Positions 37,755 through 46,821 of a stretch of DNA of 64,000 nucleotides are shown here, in pieces. Source of the DNA: Escherichia phage FL18. Under the pieces are notes generated by a model, which ran no database searches, was not told where the DNA came from, and saw only the letters and a list, made by a program, of their open reading frames with translations. The stretch lies in the sequence record PP400780, one strand, 5' to 3'. The translations under genes were made by a program, and so were the position numbers. Numbering within the stretch: position 1 is the stretch's first letter; each line of letters begins with the position of its first letter.

Positions 37755-37783
37755 TGTACAACCAAGGATGGTTGGAGTATAAT
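37755..37783 (+). promoter_or_regulatory. early promoter (TGTACA 17 nt TATAAT)
   Basis: seen in sequence. Confidence 0.4.
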
Positions 37784-37811
37784 GAATCTATCTTAACGAG
37801 AGGAAAATATT

Positions 37812-38765
37812 ATGACACGTTCACATTACATTGATTATTTTGCAGGTCTTATCGCTAACGTTCATGCCCAACGTGCTTCTGGTTCATTAGGATTTGATGT
37901 TCCACACCGAGTTGTAGTAAGTGGTATTCTTCGCGATTTTGGTACATACACAGGCCAAGAAAATCATATCTGTAAAGATACTCAGAATGCGTATTCTCAT
38001 TCATTAGGGACACTGCTTCAATGGTTCAAACGTTCTCGTTTATTATCTTCGACTGTAGCTCGCGATAACATTAAAAACTTTATGAAGCCGAGCTTTATTA
38101 AATCTGCGACATCTAAAACCGATTTGGTTGAATTCACTATTGTTAATGATGTTAAAAAGACTCATTTGGCTGATTGGTTATCTACCATTCCTGAAACTAA
38201 ATTTGCTGATAAATTTGCTTGTGAATTCAATAACCAAGTGAATATGCTTTTTAAACATTCTCGTAAATTATTTACAGGTGGCGATGGTCGTACAAATAAA
38301 GTTCATGCTAAAGATTGGGTTACTGCAGTATTCAAACCAACCGGTAATGGTAACGCATCATTGTCAATTGATATCCAGGTTCCTTATTACTACTCACGTA
38401 ATCTCGGTACCATGAAAGCCGAAGAAATTAATAAGCGCAACAAAACCGTTCGTTCGCTGTCTTATAAACTTTGTACGATGTTACAGATTATGGATGTTGT
38501 TGAAATGTTCGACGAAACCGAAGATAACGGTTCAATGTTATTCAGTTCTAATATTCGAATTAAGCTGAAGAACCCTAATACATATAAACCTAAGCCTATT
38601 AAAGAACCTAAAGTAGAAAAAGTTGATAACTTAAGAGAAGAACGCGAATATCTCAAATCTCGTCTGAAAGAAGTCGAAGCCCAGATTGCAGAACAGACTA
38701 AATCGTTAAAAGCTCTGAATGCGAAAGCGGATGGTTTACGAAATGCCATTGAGGTATTGAAATGA
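37812..38765 (+). CDS. hypothetical protein with C-terminal coiled coil
   Basis: 317 aa. Confidence 0.5.
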   Translation: MTRSHYIDYFAGLIANVHAQRASGSLGFDVPHRVVVSGILRDFGTYTGQENHICKDTQNAYSHSLGTLLQWFKRSRLLSSTVARDNIKNFMKPSFIKSATSKTDLVEFTIVNDVKKTHLADWLSTIPETKFADKFACEFNNQVNMLFKHSRKLFTGGDGRTNKVHAKDWVTAVFKPTGNGNASLSIDIQVPYYYSRNLGTMKAEEINKRNKTVRSLSYKLCTMLQIMDVVEMFDETEDNGSMLFSSNIRIKLKNPNTYKPKPIKEPKVEKVDNLREEREYLKSRLKEVEAQIAEQTKSLKALNAKADGLRNAIEVLK

Positions 38766-39076
38766 AAAAGCGTCTATTAGAAGACATTGCAGCTTCAAGT
38801 AATTCCAGTTTAATTAAAATTATTATGGCCGGTGAAGAAGACGATCTGGAAATGCGCGGAAAGATTCATGGTTGTGATGATTATAGCAGCCCTATTAATT
38901 GGAATTCTGTAATGGTCATGGTTGAACGCCGCGAACGTGCTTCTAAAAACGTTCCTAATTGCCCTGAATGTGGAACTGAACAGGTGCAATTGGTCCATTG
39001 GCAGACTAATAATCTTCGTTATAAATGTCGCCATTGTAAACACCGATTTGACCGAGAAGAAAATGACCAAGCGTAA
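38762..39076 (+). CDS. zinc-ribbon protein
   Basis: CPECG...CRHCKH; 104 aa. Confidence 0.5.
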
Positions 39077-39221
39077 AGAATATATGGAGACTGCTGAAAA
39101 GGCAGTCCGTGAATTAGCAATAGCTTATTATAATGAACATGGTAAATTTCCTGATAGATACAGCGTGCTTAAATCAGCTTTAACTCGTTCATATAAAAAA
39201 TATGCTATCAGAAGTAAGTGA
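39063..39221 (+). CDS. small hypothetical protein (52 aa)
   Basis: ATG within end of previous gene. Confidence 0.3.
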
Positions 39222-39307
39222 TATTATATACAAACATAAAGAACAAACGGGCCAAAGTCTTGATTACGACGAGACTTTTAAACAAGTACTAGGAATTAAG
39301 GAATAAT

Positions 39308-39571
39308 ATGTTTAAAGTATATGGTTATGATAGCAACATCCATAAATGTGTGTATTGCGATAATGCAAAACGTCTTTTGACCGTGAAGAAACAGCCATTT
39401 GAATTTATCAATATTATGCCGGAAAAAGGTGTTTTTGATGATGAGAAAATTGCTGAGCTTCTGACTAAACTAGGTCGTGATACTCAAATCGGCTTGACAA
39501 TGCCTCAGGTATTTGCTCCTGATGGAAGTCATATTGGTGGATTTGACCAACTGCGAGAATATTTTAAATGA
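39308..39571 (+). CDS. nrdC: glutaredoxin/thioredoxin (NrdC)
   Basis: 87 aa; CVYC active site; sequence matches recalled T4 thioredoxin. Confidence 0.85.
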   Translation: MFKVYGYDSNIHKCVYCDNAKRLLTVKKQPFEFINIMPEKGVFDDEKIAELLTKLGRDTQIGLTMPQVFAPDGSHIGGFDQLREYFK

Positions 39572-39903
39572 ACGATATTGATTTTGCCAAAGCATATAAA
39601 TTTGTAGCAACTCTTCTCGGCCCTGACGCTCCTACTAAGCTTGAAGTTTTAAATTCGATTCCGACTTCATTGGTTCGAGATGCTGAAATATGGACATGGG
39701 ACGACCCAGCTGTTTGTGAAGACCTGTACATTCTGATGAATGACATGATGGTTAAAAAGCCTGAAACAATGGTTACTATTACTGTTGAAGAATATAATCG
39801 CCTACAAGCCATCGAAGAGCTTCTGTGGAATGTTGAATCTGATTTGCCATCTGGGCTAGAATCCTGGGTTGATTATGAAGAGCTCAATAAGCTCCGCGGT
39901 TAA
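39568..39903 (+). CDS. hypothetical protein
   Basis: 111 aa. Confidence 0.5.
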   Translation: MNDIDFAKAYKFVATLLGPDAPTKLEVLNSIPTSLVRDAEIWTWDDPAVCEDLYILMNDMMVKKPETMVTITVEEYNRLQAIEELLWNVESDLPSGLESWVDYEELNKLRG

Positions 39904-39952
39904 ACCGTGGTATTCGGCTCGACTGTCTCCCATCGAGCCAGACGTCGAAACA

Positions 39953-39982
39953 GTTTACAACGACGAAGAAACATGTTATGAT
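39953..39982 (+). promoter_or_regulatory. early-type promoter (GTTTACA ... TATGAT)
   Basis: seen in sequence. Confidence 0.35.
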
Positions 39983-40031
39983 GAGCCTTCAATAAATGAA
40001 TTAATTGATATGGAAATGGGAAGAGATTATT

Positions 40032-40202
40032 ATGCAAGTTAAATTATTGTACCGTTTATTAAAAAATGGCAAGCATGATTGGTATTTGCTTATTAAAACC
40101 GATCAGAATTTTTTCTCCGGACACCCATTTACAGTTCGTCCTACTAAACGTCAGCTTCGCAAAGCTAAACGTTCTCATCGTAACTTTTATAACGTTTACT
40201 AA
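40032..40202 (+). CDS. small basic protein
   Basis: 56 aa from ATG 40032. Confidence 0.35.
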   Translation: MQVKLLYRLLKNGKHDWYLLIKTDQNFFSGHPFTVRPTKRQLRKAKRSHRNFYNVY

Positions 40203-40204
40203 AT

Positions 40205-40212
40205 TATAAATA
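40205..40212 (+). promoter_or_regulatory. late promoter TATAAATA upstream of gene 49
   Basis: exact match 30 nt upstream of gene 49 ATG, followed by hairpin. Confidence 0.45.
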
Positions 40213-40241
40213 CCCTTATCTATTTAAGGTAAGGGTTTATC

Positions 40242-40715
40242 ATGTTATTATCAGGCGCAAAATATAAAGAAGAAAAACAAAAATTTTATGATGCACAGAA
40301 TGGTAAGTGTCCTATTTGCCACCGTGAATTAGACCCTGATGTTCAAGGTAACCATCTTGACCACGACCACGAATTAAACGGGCCAAAAGCCGGTAGAGTT
40401 CGTGGATTACTCTGTAATCTGTGCAACGCAGCAGAAGGTCAAATGAAGCATAAGTTCAACCGTTCCGGTCTTAAAGGACGTGGTGTCGACTACCTCGAAT
40501 GGCTTGAAGCTCTTCTTGTTTATTTGAAACAAGATTATTCTGATAATAATATCCATCCTAATTTTGTTCCAGACAAAACTAAAGAGTTCTCAAGACTAGG
40601 TAAAGAGGAAATGATGGCTGAGATGCTTCAAAGAGGATTTGAATATAATGAATCTGACACCAAAACACAGTTAATAACTTCATTTAAGAAGCAGCTTAGA
40701 AAGAGTTTAAAATGA
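40242..40715 (+). CDS. 49: endonuclease VII (Holliday junction resolvase)
   Basis: 157 aa; zinc motif CPIC...C..C and HLDHDHE; strong similarity to recalled T4 gp49. Confidence 0.85.
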   Translation: MLLSGAKYKEEKQKFYDAQNGKCPICHRELDPDVQGNHLDHDHELNGPKAGRVRGLLCNLCNAAEGQMKHKFNRSGLKGRGVDYLEWLEALLVYLKQDYSDNNIHPNFVPDKTKEFSRLGKEEMMAEMLQRGFEYNESDTKTQLITSFKKQLRKSLK

Positions 40716-41380
40716 ATGTAGTATATAAACTATCATTTATTAGTAGAATTAATGCTAAAACCCCGCCATATTATTATATTGGAAGTAAAACCAATTGCAC
40801 TTTTGACGGAACGAATATTATTGATAAAAATGGTAAATTTTATTATTCGTCTTCGTCATCTTCCGAATTTCAAAAAGCTTTGTTGAAAGAAACACCGAAA
40901 GTTGAAATATTATATTTTCAATTAGTCGGAGATGAACAAATAACTAGCATTGAAGCTGAATTTCAAAAGAATATAGAAAAAGATATATGGAATAAAGAGT
41001 ATTTTAATTTAGCATATGCTAATGGTCAATTTACAACGTACGGTGTTTCTCCTTCTAAAGAAACTAGAGAAAAGCAATCAATAACCATGATTAAAAGAAA
41101 TCGTAATAAAGGTAAAAATCATGGATTTTATGGAAAGCATCATACTAATTTAGCCAGAAAGAAAATATCAGAAGCTTCTAAAAAATACTGGAAAGAAAAT
41201 CCACATCATGGATTTTCGCACACAAAGGAAGCTAAAATTAAAATTGGAATTTCATCTTCTATCAGGCATAAAGGAAGTGGAAATCCGATGTACGGCGTAA
41301 AACCTTGGAAAACTCCTAGCGTTGTTCCATGGAATTTAGGTAAAATGAAAGAAATGGTAAAACGAGTAAAACATGCATAG
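40712..41380 (+). CDS. GIY-YIG family endonuclease (short form)
   Basis: VYKL...YYYIGSK plus NUMOD3-like GKNHGFYGKHHT motifs; 222 aa. Confidence 0.55.
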   Translation: MNVVYKLSFISRINAKTPPYYYIGSKTNCTFDGTNIIDKNGKFYYSSSSSSEFQKALLKETPKVEILYFQLVGDEQITSIEAEFQKNIEKDIWNKEYFNLAYANGQFTTYGVSPSKETREKQSITMIKRNRNKGKNHGFYGKHHTNLARKKISEASKKYWKENPHHGFSHTKEAKIKIGISSSIRHKGSGNPMYGVKPWKTPSVVPWNLGKMKEMVKRVKHA

Positions 41381-42203
41381 GTATTATATAATTTATAAAA
41401 TAACAAATATAATTAATTCAAAGGAATATATCGGTGCGCATAGCACCGATAACATAAATGATGGTTATATGGGATCAGGAACATTGATTCGTGCCGCTTT
41501 ATTAAAATATGGTAGAAAAAATTTTAATAAAGAAATTTTACATGTTTTTGATAATGAAAAACAAATGTATGATAAAGAAGCTGAACTCGTAACCGAAGAG
41601 TATTGTCTAAAAGAAAATACATATAATATTAAACCTGGTGGAAAAGGTGGAACTGCCTATGAACAGACACTTGAACATCGCCGCAAAAATAGTTTAGCAA
41701 ATAAAGGTAAAAAGAGAACAGAAGAAACTAAAATAGCTATTTCACGTGCTTTAAAGAAATATAAACGTACGCCAGAGCATCAAGCAAATTTAAATAAAGC
41801 CGTAAGCATAGCTATGAAGCGAAAAGATGTTAGAAGTAAATTAGCTGGAGAGCGGTCTGAGAAAGATAAATTACCTATATCAAACGGTGTTAAAAAATAT
41901 TACAATTCTTTGAGTGAAGAAGAACGCGAACTTCATCGCAAGCGAATTATTGAAGGTAAAAAGAATTCTCCCATGTCATTGGAATCTAGACAAAAGCTTT
42001 CAAAAGCTTTAAAAGGACTTCAAGTTGGTTCAAAAAATCCAATGTATGGAAAAATTTCTCCAACTAGCAAAACCGTTTCAGTTGACGGTATTAAATATGA
42101 TTCAATTAAAAAGTGCTCAAATGCCATAAAAGTTTCTAGACATCTTATACTAAAACGCTGTAATTCTACTGATGAAGCTTGGAAAAATTGGATATTATTA
42201 TGA
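41373..42203 (+). CDS. GIY-YIG homing endonuclease
   Basis: YIIYKITN...EYIGAH...GSG, three NUMOD3-like repeats, C-terminal HTH; 276 aa. Confidence 0.65.
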   Translation: MHRYYIIYKITNIINSKEYIGAHSTDNINDGYMGSGTLIRAALLKYGRKNFNKEILHVFDNEKQMYDKEAELVTEEYCLKENTYNIKPGGKGGTAYEQTLEHRRKNSLANKGKKRTEETKIAISRALKKYKRTPEHQANLNKAVSIAMKRKDVRSKLAGERSEKDKLPISNGVKKYYNSLSEEERELHRKRIIEGKKNSPMSLESRQKLSKALKGLQVGSKNPMYGKISPTSKTVSVDGIKYDSIKKCSNAIKVSRHLILKRCNSTDEAWKNWILL

Positions 42204-42670
42204 ATTATGACAGAATATACCCGTGTTGCTTTGTGAATGGCCCTGGATGCAGGGTCGTTCTTTTCGTTACAGGTTGTTTGCATAAATGCGAAGGGTGTTA
42301 TAATAAATCAACATGGAATGCTAGAAATGGTGTTCCATTCACTGGTGAAACACTAGAACAATTAATTGAATGTTTGAATAATGATTATATAGAAGGATTG
42401 ACTATAACCGGAGGTGACCCTCTTTATCCTGATAACAGAGACGTGATTCACTCTGTGGTTCAAACTATTAAAAATCTTTATCCCAATAAAAGCATTTGGT
42501 TGTGGACAGGATATAAGTTTGAAGATATTAAACAACTAGAAATGCTTAAATATGTTGATGTTATTATTGATGGGAAGTATGAGAAAAATCTTCCGACTAA
42601 AAAGCTGTGGCGAGGATCAGATAATCAGCGACTTTGGTCAAATACCGATGTGGTGTGGAAACATGATTAA
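42203..42670 (+). CDS. nrdG: anaerobic ribonucleotide reductase activating protein (radical SAM)
   Basis: CLHKCEGCYN cluster; 155 aa. Confidence 0.75.
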   Translation, partial: NYDRIYPCCFVNGPGCRVVLFVTGCLHKCEGCYNKSTWNARNGVPFTGETLEQLIECLNNDYIEGLTITGGDPLYPDNRDVIHSVVQTIKNLYPNKSIWLWTGYKFEDIKQLEMLKYVDVIIDGKYEKNLPTKKLWRGSDNQRLWSNTDVVWKHD

Positions 42671-42785
42671 ATTGAATTATATTATGGATACTATAAATGA
42701 TATGATTTTTCATTTTGGTCCAGAATTTTATTCGCAGTATAGTTTAGTGCTTATCAATGCTTGGTTAATCAATTAAGGGTAAAAT

Positions 42786-43001
42786 ATGTATAAATTTCGT
42801 AAAGGTTTAGCTGATTTTCTTACAACTGTAACATTCTTTCTGTTTATGGCAGTTGGAGCTATTTTCCTTATTCCTTTTATTGCTATATTTTTCGTGATTA
42901 GTTTGATTTCTCCAGAAAAAGGACTATCTTCTAGTGAGTTCAATGAGCGTCTGGATAAAATTACTAACAAGCTGAATGCGGTTCTTGATAAAAAGGATTA
43001 A
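42786..43001 (+). CDS. small membrane protein
   Basis: 71 aa, TM helix. Confidence 0.45.
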   Translation: MYKFRKGLADFLTTVTFFLFMAVGAIFLIPFIAIFFVISLISPEKGLSSSEFNERLDKITNKLNAVLDKKD

Positions 43002-43003
43002 TT

Positions 43004-43315
43004 ATGATTAGTTTTGAGCGGTATGTAGTAGAGAGTTGGAATGGTTTTGATATGTTCGGTAATGACTATTATTTCTATGAATGTAGTCTGAACCCAAGCT
43101 TCTGGGCTGGACGTGAACAAGACCTCGAAGAAATCAACGCTCGTGCCGATTTGTTAGGTGAACTGCCTACGGTTTATTTTACCTTTGATGAATCCGGCTT
43201 CGTTATCCAGGTTTATTTTCCTGAAGAAAACTCTGGTGAGGATTCTGTTAATCCTCCTTATTGGGCTTACCAAGGAATTATTTCTCGTGGAACAAAACTC
43301 GAACTTAAAGAATAA
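43004..43315 (+). CDS. hypothetical protein
   Basis: 103 aa. Confidence 0.45.
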   Translation: MISFERYVVESWNGFDMFGNDYYFYECSLNPSFWAGREQDLEEINARADLLGELPTVYFTFDESGFVIQVYFPEENSGEDSVNPPYWAYQGIISRGTKLELKE

Positions 43316-43610
43316 GATTGAAGTCTATGGAATTCCAGATGAAGTAGGTCGTTGTCCTGGATGTCAATCAGTTACAAAACTTCTAAAGGAGCTCAATGCT
43401 CCTTTTACTTTCTATAAAGTTCTTACAAATAATGGTAAGATTGAGTATGATCGTCCACTGATTGTATCTCTTGCTAAACGCGCTGGATTCACATCTCTTA
43501 ACATTCGTTATCCAGTCATTTTCATTAATGATTCTAGACAAAAGAATATTAAACACTTCAAAGAAACTCTCATTTCACTTGGATATGATAGAGATATCAT
43601 AGAAGATTAA
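43277..43610 (+). CDS. glutaredoxin-like protein (CPGC), start codon uncertain
   Basis: KIEVYGIPDEVGRCPGCQ resembles NrdC fold; no in-frame ATG near the domain start. Confidence 0.4.
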
Positions 43611-43614
43611 GACG

Positions 43615-43634
43615 GGCCCTCTGGGCCTTTCTTT
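43615..43634 (+). terminator. hairpin ggccc-tct-gggcc + T-rich
   Basis: seen in sequence. Confidence 0.4.
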
Positions 43635-43708
43635 CTCACATTCTGTATATTACCATTCTAAGCTATCGTTCCTTTCTTATCATTCCCTAAAATATTTTTC
43701 ACAAAGTT

Positions 43709-43738
43709 GTTTACAACGAGCTCAAACCGTGGTATTAT
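43709..43738 (+). promoter_or_regulatory. early promoter (GTTTACA 17 nt TATTAT)
   Basis: seen in sequence. Confidence 0.45.
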
Positions 43739-43768
43739 TAACATATGAATTGCCTTTGAGGATTTGAT

Positions 43769-43951
43769 ATGGTTGTGGTTGATAAAGAAATTAAAAAGGG
43801 ACAGTATTATCTTATTAATGGTAATGCTGTTCGCGTTACCTACGTAAATGGTTATGATGTTTATTATCTTATACTTAAGTTACATAAACACATGATTTGT
43901 GACCGTGCTGTATTTAGTTCAGTTGCTAAGGAAATTAAACTCCATGGGTAA
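43769..43951 (+). CDS. hypothetical protein
   Basis: 60 aa. Confidence 0.4.
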   Translation: MVVVDKEIKKGQYYLINGNAVRVTYVNGYDVYYLILKLHKHMICDRAVFSSVAKEIKLHG

Positions 43952-44237
43952 AACGTATCGTCGTAAAGACTTAAAAGTGCGTGATTATGACTATTTCGGA
44001 AAGCGTAAAGCTCCTGACGGTGTAAGTCATAAAGATATGGTTGAAAACATTTTTCGCTCAGATAAATGGCGTAGAATGAAAGGTATTGATTCAGAAGTTA
44101 AAGATGAGTTAAATCGTCAATTACGCGGTGAAGTAAGAAAGTTGAAAAAATCAGTTTACATTGACGATGATTTTGATTATAATACTTCTCAACGAGTTGC
44201 TAAACGTAAATCAAACGAGTGTTATCGTTACAGCTGA
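43944..44237 (+). CDS. basic hypothetical protein
   Basis: 97 aa from ATG 43944. Confidence 0.4.
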   Translation: MGKTYRRKDLKVRDYDYFGKRKAPDGVSHKDMVENIFRSDKWRRMKGIDSEVKDELNRQLRGEVRKLKKSVYIDDDFDYNTSQRVAKRKSNECYRYS

Positions 44238-44244
44238 GGAAAAT

Positions 44245-44376
44245 ATGAATATCAAACGCATGCTTTTTAAGCAAGGGCTATATACTTTAAATGTTACTCC
44301 AAAAGGCGATACAACTAAGTGGTCAGTAAATGACTGGATTAAATTTATTGATGAAAACGGTAATTGGGAAATTTAA
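44245..44376 (+). CDS. small hypothetical protein (43 aa)
   Basis: SD GAGGA. Confidence 0.3.
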   Translation: MNIKRMLFKQGLYTLNVTPKGDTTKWSVNDWIKFIDENGNWEI

Positions 44377-44577
44377 ATGAATCCTGAATCTAAATTATCG
44401 CAGCGAATTGCTGAAGAACGCGCCAAATTTTTCCAGAACATGAAACACAATGGTATTGAGGATGAAGTTTTTCTAAATTGGTTCTGGAATAATAAGTATG
44501 CAGCATGTGAAGGAGCTTTGTCATTGTCAGTCGCAATGATGTACGAAGGCTGGAAGGGTGCCAAAAAGTTTAGCTAA
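44377..44577 (+). CDS. hypothetical protein
   Basis: 66 aa. Confidence 0.4.
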   Translation: MNPESKLSQRIAEERAKFFQNMKHNGIEDEVFLNWFWNNKYAACEGALSLSVAMMYEGWKGAKKFS

Positions 44578-44595
44578 GGGCTTCGGCCCTTTTTG
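44578..44595 (+). terminator. intrinsic terminator (gggc-ttcg-gccc + TTTTT)
   Basis: seen in sequence. Confidence 0.55.
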
Positions 44596-44630
44596 GATAA
44601 TAAAATTTTTAACGTAATTGAGGATAATGT

Positions 44631-44957
44631 ATGACTATTCAAATTAAAAACGCCATCAATTCTTACGCATATGATAAAGTAGTTTCTTTGCTAGAAAAAG
44701 GCGATATTGTAACTCCTCAAATTTTGGATAAATGGGAAAAAGAGCTTCATCAAATGATGAAACAGAATGATCAGAAGATTGGACGCAACACTGTACGTGA
44801 ATTGTTGGTTCAATATATCTTGTCAGAATTTGATGTTAAAGCTTTTGGTGTAGAATCTAAAGCTTATCAAAAGCATGAAATTTCCGATAAAACTATTCGT
44901 CGCATGAAAAATCAACGCAAGAAAAAAATTGCAGACCTGAAAATTACTAAGGTATAA
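44631..44957 (+). CDS. hypothetical protein
   Basis: 108 aa. Confidence 0.5.
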   Translation: MTIQIKNAINSYAYDKVVSLLEKGDIVTPQILDKWEKELHQMMKQNDQKIGRNTVRELLVQYILSEFDVKAFGVESKAYQKHEISDKTIRRMKNQRKKKIADLKITKV

Positions 44958-44959
44958 TT

Positions 44960-45175
44960 ATGAACGAAGCTCTTATTAACGATTTGCGTCTTGCTGGATA
45001 TGAAGTAAATACAAATGGCATTGGTTTAACTCAAATTGAAGGAAACGGATTCATCCTTGAGTATGAATTTAGCCAATGGTGGTTATATGCCAATTACGGC
45101 GAATTGATTGAATATGTTGACCAATTTGATTCACTAGATGCAGCTCTTGAAGCGGCTAAGTTGATGAATGTATGA
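44960..45175 (+). CDS. hypothetical protein
   Basis: 71 aa. Confidence 0.45.
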   Translation: MNEALINDLRLAGYEVNTNGIGLTQIEGNGFILEYEFSQWWLYANYGELIEYVDQFDSLDAALEAAKLMNV

Positions 45176-45441
45176 AATTTATTAATATTTCTATTACTAT
45201 TGAAAATTATGGCATTTTCTATGTTGACCAATACATGAAAATTTCATTTTTCCCAAATAAGACTGGTGTTGGATATTGGGAAAGTCATGTTTCTGAATTA
45301 AATGAAAGTGAATATGTTAGCACACATGAAAAGTTTTTAGACTTTTTATATCATGCAGATTTAACTAGTCATTATATAGATATTCATGAATTTAAAAAGA
45401 TGATGGAGAAAGTGTTCCAAGCATACTGTTTACTTAGATAA
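45172..45441 (+). CDS. hypothetical protein
   Basis: 89 aa. Confidence 0.45.
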   Translation: MKFINISITIENYGIFYVDQYMKISFFPNKTGVGYWESHVSELNESEYVSTHEKFLDFLYHADLTSHYIDIHEFKKMMEKVFQAYCLLR

Positions 45442-45453
45442 CTGATATCCTCT

Positions 45454-45489
45454 ATGCTTTAAGATAGATCTTCAAATATTATGATATAA
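45454..45489 (+). promoter_or_regulatory. possible middle promoter (TGCTTTA, TATTAT/TATAAT) upstream of gene 55
   Basis: spacing non-ideal. Confidence 0.25.
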
Positions 45490-45519
45490 TAGATCTATGA
45501 ATTGAGCTAAGAGGTGAAA

Positions 45520-46077
45520 ATGTCAGAAACTAAGCCTAAATATAATTACGTAAACAATAAAGAGCTTTTACAAGCTATTATTGATTGGAAAACAGAATTA
45601 GCAAATAATAAAGACCCAAATAAAGTAGTTCGTCAGAATGATACTATCGGATTAGCCATTATGCTTATTGCAGAAGGCTTATCTAAACGTTTCAACTTTT
45701 CAGGATACACCCAGTCTTGGAAACAAGAGATGATTGCAGATGGGATTGAAGCCTCTATTAAGGGACTTCATAATTTCGACGAAACTAAGTACAATAACCC
45801 GCATGCATACATAACTCGAGCTTGTTTTAATGCTTTTGTCCAACGTATCAAAAAAGAACGTAAGGAAGTTGCAAAGAAATATAGTTACTTCGTTCATAAT
45901 GTCTACGACAGTCATGACGATGATATGGTAGCGTTGGTAGATGAAACGTTTATTCAAGACATCTACGATAAAATGACGCATTATGAAGAATCCGCTTATA
46001 AAGCTCCTGGGGCTGAAAAGAAGGAAGTTGTTAGCGATTCGCCTAGTTTGGATTTTTTATATGAGGACGACAATTGA
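45520..46077 (+). CDS. 55: late-transcription sigma factor gp55
   Basis: 185 aa, same length as T4 gp55; synteny. Confidence 0.75.
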   Translation: MSETKPKYNYVNNKELLQAIIDWKTELANNKDPNKVVRQNDTIGLAIMLIAEGLSKRFNFSGYTQSWKQEMIADGIEASIKGLHNFDETKYNNPHAYITRACFNAFVQRIKKERKEVAKKYSYFVHNVYDSHDDDMVALVDETFIQDIYDKMTHYEESAYKAPGAEKKEVVSDSPSLDFLYEDDN

Positions 46078-46276
46078 CATCTCTAACTACTTAGAAGAAC
46101 CTTTTGACGAAGCAATCCCTTATTTGGTAAAACTGTTGGGTCGAGAATTTAAAATTAATTTTGACATCGACCCTTTGAACCCACATGACGTGTCATTTTC
46201 GATAAATGGGACTCCAGTTGAGTACGAGTTCCGTATTGAAGAGGACGGACGTTTTTATTTTAATTTAATGAGATAA
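46061..46276 (+). CDS. hypothetical protein
   Basis: 71 aa from internal ATG. Confidence 0.35.
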   Translation: MRTTIDISNYLEEPFDEAIPYLVKLLGREFKINFDIDPLNPHDVSFSINGTPVEYEFRIEEDGRFYFNLMR

Positions 46277-46277
46277 T

Positions 46278-46601
46278 ATGACTACCGAGATTATTGAAAA
46301 TAAAGAAGCAGAAGATGCAGTAGCTAAAATGCTACAAGAAATCCAAAAGAAAAATGAAGCTGAAGCACGTAAAAAATCCGAAAAGATTCTTAAAAAGAAT
46401 CGTTTTGAACTAAACCGTCTTTATGCTCATGCTCAAGAAGCAGCAATTCAAAACAACTTCGAAGCTTACGAATATGCTATTAAGAAATCTCGGGATATTC
46501 TACGACAACCATATAATGACAAGTTAATTAAAATCCAGTGGGTTACTACTCGTCAGGCTATTGAGGACATCATTAATGGCGCTAGTTCAAACAAAGTTTA
46601 A
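46278..46601 (+). CDS. hypothetical protein
   Basis: 107 aa. Confidence 0.45.
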   Translation: MTTEIIENKEAEDAVAKMLQEIQKKNEAEARKKSEKILKKNRFELNRLYAHAQEAAIQNNFEAYEYAIKKSRDILRQPYNDKLIKIQWVTTRQAIEDIINGASSNKV

Positions 46602-46782
46602 ACGTCTGAAGCTGAACGCAGGGTTCACCCTTAAATTGGGAGGTCCTCTTTGTGTTAAAATTTCTGAAAAGGAATATCACGACGGTTCTATTACAGAAAT
46701 TTGTCCGCCTATTGTAAAGGCACACCCAAAACAACTCGTGTGGGTTGATTCATTTCAAGTTAAGAAATGGTGGAAACGATGA
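46576..46782 (+). CDS. hypothetical protein
   Basis: 68 aa. Confidence 0.4.
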   Translation: MALVQTKFKRLKLNAGFTLKLGGPLCVKISEKEYHDGSITEICPPIVKAHPKQLVWVDSFQVKKWWKR

Positions 46783-46821
46783 GAGAAATTGATTTAGGCA
46801 TTTTCTGAGAGGTGCTTATGC

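Larger units (their letters stand above)
40712..42203 (+). mobile_element. tandem GIY-YIG (Seg-like) homing endonuclease gene cassette at the position where T4 has nrdD
   Basis: two adjacent ORFs with GIY-YIG N-termini and NUMOD-like repeats. Confidence 0.5.

Noticed and set aside
13891-37783. Repeated about 40-bp elements could be mistaken for a CRISPR array
   Set aside because: Copies are irregularly spaced (hundreds to thousands of bp), each precedes a gene start and contains promoter -35/-10 motifs; no repeat-spacer periodicity
43158-43610. 150-aa ORF starting at ATG 43158 as the glutaredoxin-like gene
   Set aside because: Its first 55 codons lie entirely inside ORF 43004-43315 in another frame and encode a hydrophobic low-complexity peptide unrelated to the redox domain
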